DNA of 64,000 nt from a virus (taxonomy: Duplodnaviria > Caudoviricetes): positions 165,449-229,448 of the IMG/VR virus record IMGVR_UViG_3300010346_000241; one strand, written 5' to 3'. Position numbers and translations under genes: made by a program. The notes under the pieces were generated by a model that was given only the letters and a program-made list of their open reading frames with translations, did no database searches and had not been told where the DNA came from. Shown piece after piece: positions 20,676 through 31,059 of the stretch. Position 1 is the first letter of the stretch; each line of letters starts with the position of its first letter.

Positions 20676-21449
20676 TTAGTATGCTGAATTGGCATAGCCC
20701 ATTACAGTTTCTGCATACCAGCTGTATGTACCTGCAGCGTGACCGTAGTAACCTGTATTGTACCCTGCCAGGGCGTCGTAAGTAGAGCCGTTGCCGTAAT
20801 AATTATAGGCTCCGCTAAGACAATATAAAGATATCTCTACATTTTGGTATGGATCTGATGACCAATTATAGTATCCGTTACCTGTAGAGTTGTTGTAGCT
20901 TTGAGCAGCTACATCAGTGATACCGCAAAGATTTGCACATGCAGTACCCATAGTCGACTCAGCCATCATTACACCGTACATGATGGAAGGGTCTATTCCA
21001 TATGCTGCACATCTATCATTCAGATACTGTGCATCGATAGGACTATTGAAAGTCCAACCGTTAACTGTTACAGTTCCATTACCTCCGATAATCTGTCCAT
21101 TACTCTGAGGCTCTGGCTGTGTTGGATCTGGAGCTACTGGTTCAGTCTCTACAATCTGTTCGGTTGTTGTAGCTACTGTAGTAGTCTCTGTGGTTGTAGT
21201 GGATGTAGTCGAAGTAGACGTACTTGTAGTCTTCTTCGTTGTAGTAGAAGTAGAAGTTGTCGTAGTTGCTGTTGTTCTACACTCTTCTGTGGAAGTAGTG
21301 ACAAGATACTCCCCCTCTGCAGTTACTCTATCATTCTTAGCACTACTACTGAAATTTACCAGCAGTACTATGACTGATACGAGTGCTGCTACAAAGATAG
21401 TAGCTTTCACCCTTCTGTTTTTCTTTGCATCCATATTGTTCATTGTCAA
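20676..21449 (-). CDS. Membrane-anchored lytic transglycosylase (SLT-like) with Thr-rich linker
   Basis: N-terminal TM helix, poly-T/S linker, IDPSIMYGVMMAES (catalytic Glu), ALAGYN; early-type promoter at 21494-21503. Confidence 0.7.
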   Translation of the reverse strand: MTMNNMDAKKNRRVKATIFVAALVSVIVLLVNFSSSAKNDRVTAEGEYLVTTSTEECRTTATTTTSTSTTTKKTTSTSTSTTSTTTTETTTVATTTEQIVETEPVAPDPTQPEPQSNGQIIGGNGTVTVNGWTFNSPIDAQYLNDRCAAYGIDPSIMYGVMMAESTMGTACANLCGITDVAAQSYNNSTGNGYYNWSSDPYQNVEISLYCLSGAYNYYGNGSTYDALAGYNTGYYGHAAGTYSWYAETVMGYANSAY

Positions 21450-21566
21450 TCTCTCCTTTCAAGATTGCGAGTGGTTCTCAAGGATACATGACAATAATAT
21501 ATAGTTGTAGGGCCAGTTAGAGATGAAAGAAAGTCCCTACCCGTTAAGGTAGGGGACTCTGTCGCT

Positions 21567-22358
21567 TCATTCTTCGTTTTTCTTTTCCTGATAGTCTGCA
21601 TAATCAAGTACAGGGATGATCTTGAGACTTTCCTCTTTCATCACTTCGATGATAGATTCCATCTCTTCCTCTGTCTTCACTTCTGTGAATTCAGAGACGA
21701 TGATACCAAGCATATTGTTATCATCATCATATAGGGCAAGGAAACCTGCTGACAATACTCCAGACGAGCTGAGCATGTTCTTAATAGCTGGGAAGCAGTC
21801 ATCTTCCTCGTTGTTAAGTATATACCCAACTTGATTGGATACAAGATAGCTTATGCTCTTGTCGAATGTGCTCAAAGGTAATCCTTGATGAAGTAGGACT
21901 TTTCTTGTGACTAATGTTCCCCGTTTCATGACTTCTGTTAGACATGATATCTTGATGAATGGCAGACCGTGACTAGTGTTTATGCCATTATGAAATACAT
22001 ACACTGAGGTTCTATCTGCATTCAACTTGTTTGCTAGGACTTCTAAAGTTGATCTGATAGGGACAGACATTTTGATAAAGATATCAACGAGCTCTTTGTG
22101 CTCTTCTTTATCTTTTATCTTCTCTTCTTTGGAGCTTGCTAGATTGTCAAGGATTGCTTCGAACATTGTTTGGTTCTGAGTTTGAATCAGATTCTGAGTC
22201 TTCTGATAGGACTTCAACATGATCACCATAACAGCAAGTATTACAACCAAGAATACTGCAGCAATAACAATCAATGCACCGTACCTATTTATCAACTCAG
22301 CGTACCTCTCGACAGTATCTGGAGAGGCTGCTTCATTAGCAATTTCAGTAGTAGTCAT
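21567..22358 (-). CDS. Holin-like protein: one TM helix + GAF-like domain (T4 gpT-like architecture)
   Basis: TM segment YGALIVIAAVFLVVILAVMVIML; ADRTSVYVFHNG..LPF..ISCLTE; LGIIVSEF; late-type promoter at 22386-22397. Confidence 0.55.
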   Translation of the reverse strand: MTTTEIANEAASPDTVERYAELINRYGALIVIAAVFLVVILAVMVIMLKSYQKTQNLIQTQNQTMFEAILDNLASSKEEKIKDKEEHKELVDIFIKMSVPIRSTLEVLANKLNADRTSVYVFHNGINTSHGLPFIKISCLTEVMKRGTLVTRKVLLHQGLPLSTFDKSISYLVSNQVGYILNNEEDDCFPAIKNMLSSSGVLSAGFLALYDDDNNMLGIIVSEFTEVKTEEEMESIIEVMKEESLKIIPVLDYADYQEKKNEE

Positions 22359-22438
22359 TTGACACTTTCATCTCCTTTCGTAGATTATTGTATAGTTCTG
22401 AGGTAAGAATGTGGGTGGACTACTCCACCCACATCAAC

Positions 22439-24052
22439 TTATACTTTAAGTAATCTCCACCAATCGTCATCTCCAGCTTCTTTGTTGATATTGTAGAGTC
22501 TCTGAAGTATGACATCGTTTCTAGGATATTTAACTCCTATGAAGTCATCTTCATTCATATCACTTGTAGATACTGGGAAGAGAGTCTCTAGTTTGTCTAT
22601 AGGAAGATTGTAGAGCATCCTGTCAAGTATAGACAACTTGTTGTAAGACTCGAGACACTCGAACGGAACAATGTTTACTTGATCTGGTGAGTGAGAGAGT
22701 CCATCCTTTGAGAATACGAAAGAGTTCACCTTGTGGTTATCCTCAAAGTTGAGAAGCTGTATAGGATAGTGCTTGGTCTCTTCATCGTTAAGGATGTCGA
22801 TAGGCTGTAAGAACTCAGTGATTCTCATAGTAGATGTAGAGACATCATAGATATGATCTATGTCTACCTTCTTACCATTAACAAAGATGAACATCGAATT
22901 CTTGTTACTGAAGTTGTAGAGAGGAGTATTGAGTTTGATGAAACCTTTCTGATCTGCAGGGAGATACTTATAGGGTTCGAGGTATGTATAGTCTTCTATA
23001 ATACCTTCTATCTCATCCTCTGGTGGTTTGTACTGTCCAAAGTTCTCCGCATAGTCATTGATATTGGTAAGTATCTCTGGTATGTAGAAGATGTCAAGAG
23101 AATCACCTTCTTGGGCATTGGGAGTATCTATGTAGATCTCGTACTTGTAGAGAGGTGTTCCATCTACAGGTCTAGACATTACACTTCCATGAGGTATGAG
23201 ACGTCCATTCTTGAAGATCATAAACTGATCATCATTTACACATGTGACAAACTCATCTGGAAGTTGTATCCTGTTAACTTCATGATTTACGTCGACATGA
23301 AAGTATCTGAACTGGCGCTTTGAGCACAGTGTAATATCCGCAGGAGTGTCCAATTCTGCATGCGCAGGTAAAGTATCTGTCCTCTTGTTTAAACCTTCTT
23401 GTAGCCAGAATCCACCGATACCAGACCACGCAAATGCGTAGGCTCCTATAGTCTCGAGAGTAGTTGGTGCATAGAAGATTATAGTCAATGCACTACATCT
23501 AGCGAATGCATATGCATCTATAACCTTAAGTCCTTCTGGGAAGTAACCTTCTGCTTCTCCATCGTATCGACCTATCTGTTCGAGACTAGTACAGTCTTGG
23601 AAAGCAGACATGCCGATATACTCAAGAGCAGAGACATTATCCTCATGTTTGAATCTAACTCTACGAAGTCTTTGACAATCAAAGAACGCACAGTTCTCTA
23701 TTTTCTTAATAGACTTCGGCAAGTCAATAGATCTCAGTATATTGGTCTGAGCGAATGCATAAGGCTCTATCACTTCAAGTGTATCATCTGCATTGATGTT
23801 TATAGACAGTCCAGTAGGAGCCGAACTCTTTATATACTTAACGTATCTGAAAGCTTCCTTTCCGATATTATGAATCTCTTCAAGATTGAATGTAGTAATC
23901 GTGGCTTTGAGCGATAAGACTACATCGATGAACTCTTTACTCAGTGTAAAGTTTGAACCAGCGCCATAGACGGTAAGAGTATCAACGTTATCAGGGATAG
24001 TCGCTCTGATTGCTTCTTCAGAAGCACCACAATATACTCTTGCAGTTGCCAT
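22439..24052 (-). CDS. BspA-type leucine-rich-repeat protein fused to a virion structural domain
   Basis: Repeats LEVIEPYAF, IKKIENCAFFDC, LEYIGMSAFQDC, LKVIDAYAFARC; C-terminal IFKNG and IFVNGKK strands. Confidence 0.75.
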   Translation of the reverse strand: MATARVYCGASEEAIRATIPDNVDTLTVYGAGSNFTLSKEFIDVVLSLKATITTFNLEEIHNIGKEAFRYVKYIKSSAPTGLSININADDTLEVIEPYAFAQTNILRSIDLPKSIKKIENCAFFDCQRLRRVRFKHEDNVSALEYIGMSAFQDCTSLEQIGRYDGEAEGYFPEGLKVIDAYAFARCSALTIIFYAPTTLETIGAYAFAWSGIGGFWLQEGLNKRTDTLPAHAELDTPADITLCSKRQFRYFHVDVNHEVNRIQLPDEFVTCVNDDQFMIFKNGRLIPHGSVMSRPVDGTPLYKYEIYIDTPNAQEGDSLDIFYIPEILTNINDYAENFGQYKPPEDEIEGIIEDYTYLEPYKYLPADQKGFIKLNTPLYNFSNKNSMFIFVNGKKVDIDHIYDVSTSTMRITEFLQPIDILNDEETKHYPIQLLNFEDNHKVNSFVFSKDGLSHSPDQVNIVPFECLESYNKLSILDRMLYNLPIDKLETLFPVSTSDMNEDDFIGVKYPRNDVILQRLYNINKEAGDDDWWRLLKV

Positions 24053-24067
24053 ATGTATTCACCTCCT

Positions 24068-27049
24068 TTATTCTTCTTCTTTGCGTACAACATAGGATGC
24101 AGGAGGATCTTCTCCAGCACAAAGAATGAGTGTGACATTAGTACCATAGAACCAGCTGTTGTCTTTAGCTACCTGTATGATACCATGTACATCTCCTTCG
24201 AATGTAGCATGTTCATTGCTAATATTAGGACAGAATGCGAAGCAGTGAGAACCAAGACCTGGTCTAGCCTTATACTCAGCCATTCTGTCTGGATCTGGAT
24301 TGTTGCTTGTATAACGTACACTTCTACTATTGAGGAAGTTACTTATCAGAGGTTGAATGAAGTATTCTCCACCACCTTGACGAGATATCCTATGAAGACC
24401 ATTAAGTTTATAGTCTTCCATGTACTTGAACACACCGTAGTGTTGCTCATTATGATGAGCTTCATATGAGTACAGCTGATAATAAAGAGGATACTTAGTT
24501 ATAGTAAACTGAGCATCTGTATTCTGTTTGATTCTCTCCTTATACGGGTTAGTATCTATGATATTCGTCATTACCATGAGGTCTTCTGGATCGAATACAG
24601 AAGTATCGCATCCTATTACCTTTCCCCAAGTAGTTTGACTCAGTATATTTCCAGTACTACTATACGTGGTAGCACGTTTATCATCGGTGTTATTGCGATA
24701 GGTGGTCTTGAATACATCGTTGTTTACATTACGGAACCATACGAATTCCCATATGTCGTTAGCATTGTTAGGACAGTCATCTATCCTATTCATCTCGAAG
24801 AAGATGTCAAGGCCATCTTCACGAATAGTATTATACTTGGAATAGAGAAGACCATTCTTAAAGAGCATAAGCTTAGACTCTCTGCTACCACTATTCACCA
24901 TAGGTATTCTGATACTTGATCCATAGTCTGGATCCATGTAGATCATAGACTGCATTTCAGCTCCAGTCTTAGTATAACTGAATGTAGGATGAATGATAGA
25001 CTTCTCAAGCTTATCAGGATCATATCCAAGGATGTAATCTGTAGCTTCATAGAGGTCTCTGAAGTAGTCATTATAGTCTCTATACTTGAAGTCGAATATC
25101 TCTTCCAAAAGACCGATGTTGTTGATGATGAAATCCATGTTATCACCATAGACAAACATCTCTGGAAGATTCTTACGGAGACACCATTCATCAAGAGCAT
25201 CAGGATTGAAATCTGCTACAAAGGCATCGTCTATGATAGAAGAGATAGTCTTCTTTATTATCTCAGTATCAGTAGCGAACATTTCATCTGCTATCTCATG
25301 GAGTTTAAGTTTAGTCTCATAGTTGCTATACCAGATGAACTCGTCTGTAGGAGTAGATCCCTCTTCCATATTGTCGAAGTGCATGATGACTGTATTGATC
25401 TGCCATACTGGGTCTTGAGCAAGGTCATAGATACGATCTATGAAGAGTTTGATATTGGACTCGAGAGTCTCTACATAACGTTCATAGTCTCGATTAACGG
25501 CAGTCTTATTCCAGAGTCTCATAACGTTATCCTGATCGTACACGACTTTCTTGTTATAGAAAGCTCTGAAGTACATACCGTTGATATCGATATTATTGGC
25601 ATTGTAGTATCTCTCTACATAGTCTATAGTGTCAGGATTCACCTTAACGTTGACATGATTGAATGGATGCCATATAAGGTCTATGATATCTGTATTGTCG
25701 AACTGAGCGATGACACCTCTAGCATTAGTATTATCTTTACAATCTTTAGTGAAGAAGAATGAGAAGACATTAGACCTCTTGATCTTGTTTTCATAAGGAA
25801 GATTGCTTGTGGAGAACTTGTAGTTGTAGTATAGAGGATTCATGGTTGTGTTAGACTTACGAAGAGTATTAAAGTTGATATCAAAGTCTTCTACGTATAT
25901 ATCGTCATGTACTGGATATATAGCGTAAAGAAGATAGTTGTAAGCTGACTGTCTCTGATTGCTTGTATGATAGATGTGATCACTCCAAGTATCGTCAAAT
26001 CCTTTCCAACAGAACAGATCGTACTTGCCTTCTATCATACTATCATTCCAGTTATTAGGAGTGAGATAGTATACAGGGAACGGGAATCCAACGCATCTAA
26101 TGTAAGGATCATTAGACACTATATTCTTGAGATTGGTAGTTCTAACTACAAGAGTTACATAAGTATCTCTTTTATCGGAAGTGAATACTACGTTATGCCA
26201 AGCAAGTGGATGACCGTCTATGAAGAACAGGAAGGGGGCAATAATATCTCTTCTCCAAAGTTCCTCTTGTGTGCAAGGTATACCAGTATCGATGATAGTA
26301 CCGAGATCGAGTGGTGTATCACCATCCATCTTAAGTGCTGCTTCATCGTCTAATGTTGGAGCTATATCGATAAGGAAGTTGTCATTAAGCTTAGAAAGCT
26401 TGATAGCCTTATTGACATCAAAGTCGAACACATTAGCTTTAAGACTGTTGAGAGTATCAAGAGTACCCTCATCATTCTCATCTACTGGAGGTACTGCGTA
26501 GCTAGAGACTATATGAATAGTACCATGGATGAACTTCAGAGCATGACCCTCGTGCATAGCTTCAAGATGCTCAGTGTTGTTCATGTATGGATTGAAGTTA
26601 AGACGATAAGTGAATCTCTTAGTAGTTATAACTTCACTACTAGTCACAAGATCCTTATCACTCATGATATGGTCTTCCACTACAAATGCAGAAGCATCAG
26701 GAACGAATGTATTACTATCCTCAGAGTTGACTCTCATGTGAAGTGTATCATCGTTTATTCTCGCTGATACTGGTTCCTGAATGTAGAAAGGAACTGCATT
26801 AGAGTTATGATAGTCGTTCCATGTCTCAGTACAAGTCCTGAGACGTTCTATAGTGTGTCTATAGAGGTTATTATAATAAGTGTCTACCTGCTGTATAGGC
26901 TGTTGATTGAACAGATGACTAGTACTACCGAGCTCTTCGTAGTTGTCGGTATTATATGAAGGGTAGTTATAGTCTTCGTATATAGCAGGAAGCCCGTTCA
27001 AGGGAACATCCCTTGAACGAGCAGACACGTCTCTTATGAAGTTACTCAT
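24068..27049 (-). CDS. Large putative virion structural protein
   Basis: 993 aa; PFLFFIDG and LMLFKNG patterns shared with the neighbouring gene; late operon. Confidence 0.5.
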   Translation of the reverse strand: MSNFIRDVSARSRDVPLNGLPAIYEDYNYPSYNTDNYEELGSTSHLFNQQPIQQVDTYYNNLYRHTIERLRTCTETWNDYHNSNAVPFYIQEPVSARINDDTLHMRVNSEDSNTFVPDASAFVVEDHIMSDKDLVTSSEVITTKRFTYRLNFNPYMNNTEHLEAMHEGHALKFIHGTIHIVSSYAVPPVDENDEGTLDTLNSLKANVFDFDVNKAIKLSKLNDNFLIDIAPTLDDEAALKMDGDTPLDLGTIIDTGIPCTQEELWRRDIIAPFLFFIDGHPLAWHNVVFTSDKRDTYVTLVVRTTNLKNIVSNDPYIRCVGFPFPVYYLTPNNWNDSMIEGKYDLFCWKGFDDTWSDHIYHTSNQRQSAYNYLLYAIYPVHDDIYVEDFDINFNTLRKSNTTMNPLYYNYKFSTSNLPYENKIKRSNVFSFFFTKDCKDNTNARGVIAQFDNTDIIDLIWHPFNHVNVKVNPDTIDYVERYYNANNIDINGMYFRAFYNKKVVYDQDNVMRLWNKTAVNRDYERYVETLESNIKLFIDRIYDLAQDPVWQINTVIMHFDNMEEGSTPTDEFIWYSNYETKLKLHEIADEMFATDTEIIKKTISSIIDDAFVADFNPDALDEWCLRKNLPEMFVYGDNMDFIINNIGLLEEIFDFKYRDYNDYFRDLYEATDYILGYDPDKLEKSIIHPTFSYTKTGAEMQSMIYMDPDYGSSIRIPMVNSGSRESKLMLFKNGLLYSKYNTIREDGLDIFFEMNRIDDCPNNANDIWEFVWFRNVNNDVFKTTYRNNTDDKRATTYSSTGNILSQTTWGKVIGCDTSVFDPEDLMVMTNIIDTNPYKERIKQNTDAQFTITKYPLYYQLYSYEAHHNEQHYGVFKYMEDYKLNGLHRISRQGGGEYFIQPLISNFLNSRSVRYTSNNPDPDRMAEYKARPGLGSHCFAFCPNISNEHATFEGDVHGIIQVAKDNSWFYGTNVTLILCAGEDPPASYVVRKEEE

Positions 27050-27987
27050 ACTAAAACACTGCCTTTCTCAATAACAGATTTTGTATATGATACGAGAACG
27101 TTGCCGATTACCTTTTCAATTGTCTTCTGGTTGTTCATGTAAGCACCAGTGTATGCATCAGTCAGCATAGCTGATAATGCAGGGAAGTACTCCATAGCAA
27201 ACGGTGTGTTTGAGCCGTAGATGAACATCCATTTGTCCACGATGTTATCTACCTTGAGGTTAGGAGCCTTTATAGATCTAGCGATACAGTCGATGAAGAA
27301 CTTGATGTTGATGAAGTCATCTTCCTCGTCTACACTGGCAATTATCATATCCTGCTCTCTTTCAGAGACTCCGCAGATCTTACCAGCTACACGCTTCATA
27401 TTTGTGTCAAAGTTTCTGCAGAGCAAGTTTCTTACGAAGTACATGCAGCAGAGATACTGACACTTACTCTTAGTTGACGGGATAGCAGAGATCTTTGTGA
27501 GATAGTCTACTACGTGAGTCATGAGACTAGAGAAAGCATCCATACCCTGCTCTACAATAGTTACAGTAAGAATCTTATCTTCAGCCTTGTGATAGATAAG
27601 GGTTACCATAGCATTCAGAACATCTGCTATGAGTATGTCGATGTTACGACACTTGAACTCATTACTTTCATGATCTCTATATACAAGACCAGTAACGTCT
27701 ATGAAGACCTTAAGGTCGTTAGACTTACTTCTGACATCCTTGCAACAGAATACACGGAACTGAGTATTTACAGGTCTTCCATCCTTAGCAGAAAGAAGGA
27801 TAACGTTTTTAGATGTAAGAACCTTAGTGAGTGCAGGAGAGAGCTGTCTCTTCTTGAACTCATACTTTACGTCGTCGAATGAGCTGTCCATTACAGGGAT
27901 CTGCTCAGCATTCATGATGAACTTGAAAATTTTCTCCTCATAGGGAAACTTGTTATATAAGTAGGTTGTACCATAGTTCTTAGGCAT
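27046..27987 (-). CDS. Hypothetical protein
   Basis: 313 aa; SD AAAGGAGG; late-type promoter at 28015-28026. Confidence 0.8.
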   Translation of the reverse strand: MPKNYGTTYLYNKFPYEEKIFKFIMNAEQIPVMDSSFDDVKYEFKKRQLSPALTKVLTSKNVILLSAKDGRPVNTQFRVFCCKDVRSKSNDLKVFIDVTGLVYRDHESNEFKCRNIDILIADVLNAMVTLIYHKAEDKILTVTIVEQGMDAFSSLMTHVVDYLTKISAIPSTKSKCQYLCCMYFVRNLLCRNFDTNMKRVAGKICGVSEREQDMIIASVDEEDDFINIKFFIDCIARSIKAPNLKVDNIVDKWMFIYGSNTPFAMEYFPALSAMLTDAYTGAYMNNQKTIEKVIGNVLVSYTKSVIEKGSVLV

Positions 27988-28029
27988 GTTAAGCCCTCCT
28001 TTACGAGATTTGATTATTATAAAGTTCGG

Positions 28030-28086
28030 TCAGTAGTGATCTAGTCCGTCCAGGTAACATAATGATAAGGGTTGAAAAGAGTTCAT
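28030..28086 (-). CDS. Candidate 18-aa small ORF (MNSFQPLSLCYLDGLDHY)
   Basis: SD-like AGAAAGGAAG before ATG 28086; fills the intergenic gap. Confidence 0.3.
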   Translation of the reverse strand: MNSFQPLSLCYLDGLDHY

Positions 28087-28160
28087 GTGTACTTCCTTTC
28101 TAAAAAAAAATAAATGGACGGGCTAGAGCGGTATGCTCTAGCCTATCCTTCGTGCCGTTC

Positions 28161-28823
28161 TTAGTCCTCCATATACATTGCTTCACAAGAATTGGAAGCT
28201 GTAGGAGTCTCGTCTACGTCTACATCTACCTTATCATCGTCTTCGTCTACCTTGTCATCATCCTCTTCCTCGGATGTTTCATCTTCGTATCTCCTTTCAT
28301 ACTTATCGATTAACTTCTGTAATCTGTTGCTTAGTTCAGAGAATCGTATTTGATGATTATCATCATATCTGATCACCTTAGTAGTATCTTCTAAGTCCAT
28401 ATCTGGCATTGTAGATATCTCTAGTATCTGTTTAATGATTTTCAACCTACATGCTATAGTAGATGAAGAAACATTTAGTGCTTTTGCTATAGCCTCTTGA
28501 GTAAGACCCATGTTATAGAGCATCATTATTCTATAAAGGTTGTGGTGTTTTGGAGTATATTCATCAGTAATAAACCAGTTCTTAAACTCTATAGCAAAGC
28601 CATTGTCACATATAAAGTAGTAACTATGACTATACCCCCCATAGTCTATCATGAAACCTCTAATCAGACCACATCGAAGTACATCGCTATATCTCATATC
28701 ATCACTAATCCTAACTCTTGAAAGATCAGTTATACTTACTATGCTTTCAGGATCAATGCCGAGTTTAGTGATTGCGTTTTTGATCCTATCTTGTAATGAT
28801 ATTGATCTATATAACTTCATCAT
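28161..28823 (-). CDS. Helix-turn-helix DNA-binding protein with acidic tail
   Basis: GLTQEAIAKALNVSSSTIACRL HTH. Confidence 0.7.
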   Translation of the reverse strand: MMKLYRSISLQDRIKNAITKLGIDPESIVSITDLSRVRISDDMRYSDVLRCGLIRGFMIDYGGYSHSYYFICDNGFAIEFKNWFITDEYTPKHHNLYRIMMLYNMGLTQEAIAKALNVSSSTIACRLKIIKQILEISTMPDMDLEDTTKVIRYDDNHQIRFSELSNRLQKLIDKYERRYEDETSEEEDDDKVDEDDDKVDVDVDETPTASNSCEAMYMED

Positions 28824-28833
28824 TTTTCTCCTT

Positions 28834-29670
28834 TCAAAACGGTGTTTGATTTAGAATCTCTCTATAGCGCCTCATGATCGCGCTACTGAGGATCATATAG
28901 TCGGAATACCTAACTCCATCGCCCGCTGAGTCATAAACTTTGAAGTTAAGTCCCTTTACTGTGAATTGCATACATGGGTCTCCATTGTCATTGAAGTTGA
29001 TATCGAACCCCTCATTCTGGACCCAATCGCATACGTTGGAAGCTACTCTGTCGACGATGTGATTATACTTCGTCACAAAGACTGCTTCCTTTCTTGTAAT
29101 ATCTGTCTGGTTCGCCTTCTTGTAGTAAGTCATCTGCTCTTCGATGCCACCCTTCTTCCAGGTGTGGCCCTTCACATTGACGAACTGAAGAAAAGTAAAC
29201 CATTCTTCATGGTGAACTATCATACCGATGATAGCACTGATGATCTCGCAGTTCTTTACTGGCGTGCCACATTTAGTGAGCATGTAAGGAACCACGATTC
29301 CATTCCTCTTCTCACAAGTGTAAGTCTTATACCAACCAAAGACCCACTCTGTAAGAGTATGAATAGCATACTCAGAGTCCGAAAAGATCAAGTAGGCGTA
29401 AGTATGATCTTCAGAACTCTTGTACCTTTCAAATGCCTTCTCTATACCAAAGAGAATGGCTGATAACTCTGCGATGTTGTTCGTAGAGTTATTGTGGTAT
29501 TTGGAAAAGATCTCTATCTTATCCAGATAAGGCTCGTTCGTTCCATCATTTCTGAGCAAGCCTATCACTGATGATGCAGAAGATTGACCGTCATGTATAC
29601 CACCATCAGTAAAGATACACACGACATCGTGTTTTGGATGATTACTCCCTTCATCGGCATATGAAATCAT
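28834..29670 (-). CDS. rnhA: Ribonuclease HI
   Basis: IFTDGG, TNNIAEL, FSDSEY, VKGH and NHIVD motifs; early-type promoter at 29730-29739. Confidence 0.88.
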   Translation of the reverse strand: MISYADEGSNHPKHDVVCIFTDGGIHDGQSSASSVIGLLRNDGTNEPYLDKIEIFSKYHNNSTNNIAELSAILFGIEKAFERYKSSEDHTYAYLIFSDSEYAIHTLTEWVFGWYKTYTCEKRNGIVVPYMLTKCGTPVKNCEIISAIIGMIVHHEEWFTFLQFVNVKGHTWKKGGIEEQMTYYKKANQTDITRKEAVFVTKYNHIVDRVASNVCDWVQNEGFDINFNDNGDPCMQFTVKGLNFKVYDSAGDGVRYSDYMILSSAIMRRYREILNQTPF

Positions 29671-29742
29671 GCCTTATTCCTCCTTTCATTAAGAGATACC
29701 CCAAGGACATATCCTTGGGACTCATCTCTATAATATATAATG

Positions 29743-30471
29743 TCAGTCTTGTTTACCGAATGTGGCATTGAAGATATTAAGTGATGTCTCATAAGCCTTA
29801 GAAGCTTCCTCTACATTCTTGTCAGTGATGAGGTTATGATACTTCTCAGCAGCATCATCTGGACTAGTCAGACTGGATGTAGTAAGCATAAGCACTTCCC
29901 AGTCAGTCATTTCATTGGTTGGTTTTTCAAAGAAGCTCTTACTCTCGAGCCATGTCTTACATAAACGTACCTGAACAGCAATGTCGTCTGGTATCTCTCC
30001 TATACCAAGCTCTCCACAGAGTCTCTCCTTTATCACTGGAGCAAGAGGCTGTGCTATAAGGTTAAAGCTCTTCGGAGTAAGTGATTCGACCACTAACTCT
30101 CCATTCTCTCCCTTACTAGTTTTGCTCAAAGTAGCAGCCATACCAAAGGATACATCTCCTTCTTTACGTTTAGACTCATTGAGATTATGTATAGCATCTC
30201 CTATCTTATCAGCCATTTCAAGTATCTCATCATCAGACATTTTGTCGATAGCTGCTTTTCTTAGTTTCATCTGTTCATATTCACTTTCATCAGTGAAGAA
30301 GACTGTAGCGTCTATTACTCTAAGTATGAGATCCTTAGCCCACTCTACTTGTTTCTCCTTAGTTATAGTAGGAGCCTTCTCTTGTGGTATCTTATCCCTG
30401 TCTATACATTCTATCTTGTTCTTGTGTAACTCTGGGAATTTAAGAGTCTCAAAAGGGTTGTTGCTATTCAT
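29743..30471 (-). CDS. Hypothetical protein
   Basis: 242 aa ORF with SD AAGGAGG. Confidence 0.75.
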   Translation of the reverse strand: MNSNNPFETLKFPELHKNKIECIDRDKIPQEKAPTITKEKQVEWAKDLILRVIDATVFFTDESEYEQMKLRKAAIDKMSDDEILEMADKIGDAIHNLNESKRKEGDVSFGMAATLSKTSKGENGELVVESLTPKSFNLIAQPLAPVIKERLCGELGIGEIPDDIAVQVRLCKTWLESKSFFEKPTNEMTDWEVLMLTTSSLTSPDDAAEKYHNLITDKNVEEASKAYETSLNIFNATFGKQD

Positions 30472-30552
30472 AGTGAATCCTCCTTAACGGTAGTATCGGA
30501 CCAAGGGCAACCACCCTTGGTCCCTACTATGATGTCGCCGTTAGTGTAATAA

Positions 30553-31020
30553 TTAACCCTTCTTCATTACACGGATTCCGTGATTAAGAAGATTGCAGAG
30601 ACCTGAGCAATAACGTCTTGCTACGCCGAGTTCTCCAGTCTTAAGTGCATTATTGAGAAGGCCCTTGTTTACTTCGTCACATTCTGCAACTACTACAAGC
30701 TGAGCCTGTTCAAGTGAGTACTCCTCACACAGTGCTGCATGAGCTTCGTACTCTTCGTCGATATTGTTAGCTTCCATGAACTTATAGAGCATGTCGTACT
30801 CTACCATGTAGCTCTCATTACATTCGCCGCACTCTCCACACTCATCACATTCGTCCTTTATGATCGGGACTTCTGATGCTGGGAAAGTTATGCTTCCTAC
30901 TGTAGCCAGACCAGCCAGAGTATCCTGGTAGTCATGTGCTATCTGATCTCTTTCGATATCATCAAGAATCTTCTGATCTGCCTTAGAAGCTTCCTGAAGA
31001 ATCATTGCGCTTAAGTTCAT
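30553..31020 (-). CDS. Hypothetical acidic protein with a CDECGECGEC motif
   Basis: 155 aa; SD AAAGGAGG; late-type promoter at 31049-31060. Confidence 0.75.
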   Translation of the reverse strand: MNLSAMILQEASKADQKILDDIERDQIAHDYQDTLAGLATVGSITFPASEVPIIKDECDECGECGECNESYMVEYDMLYKFMEANNIDEEYEAHAALCEEYSLEQAQLVVVAECDEVNKGLLNNALKTGELGVARRYCSGLCNLLNHGIRVMKKG

Positions 31021-31059
31021 AATGTAACCTCCTTTGGGTTGTAGATTTTACTTATATGT

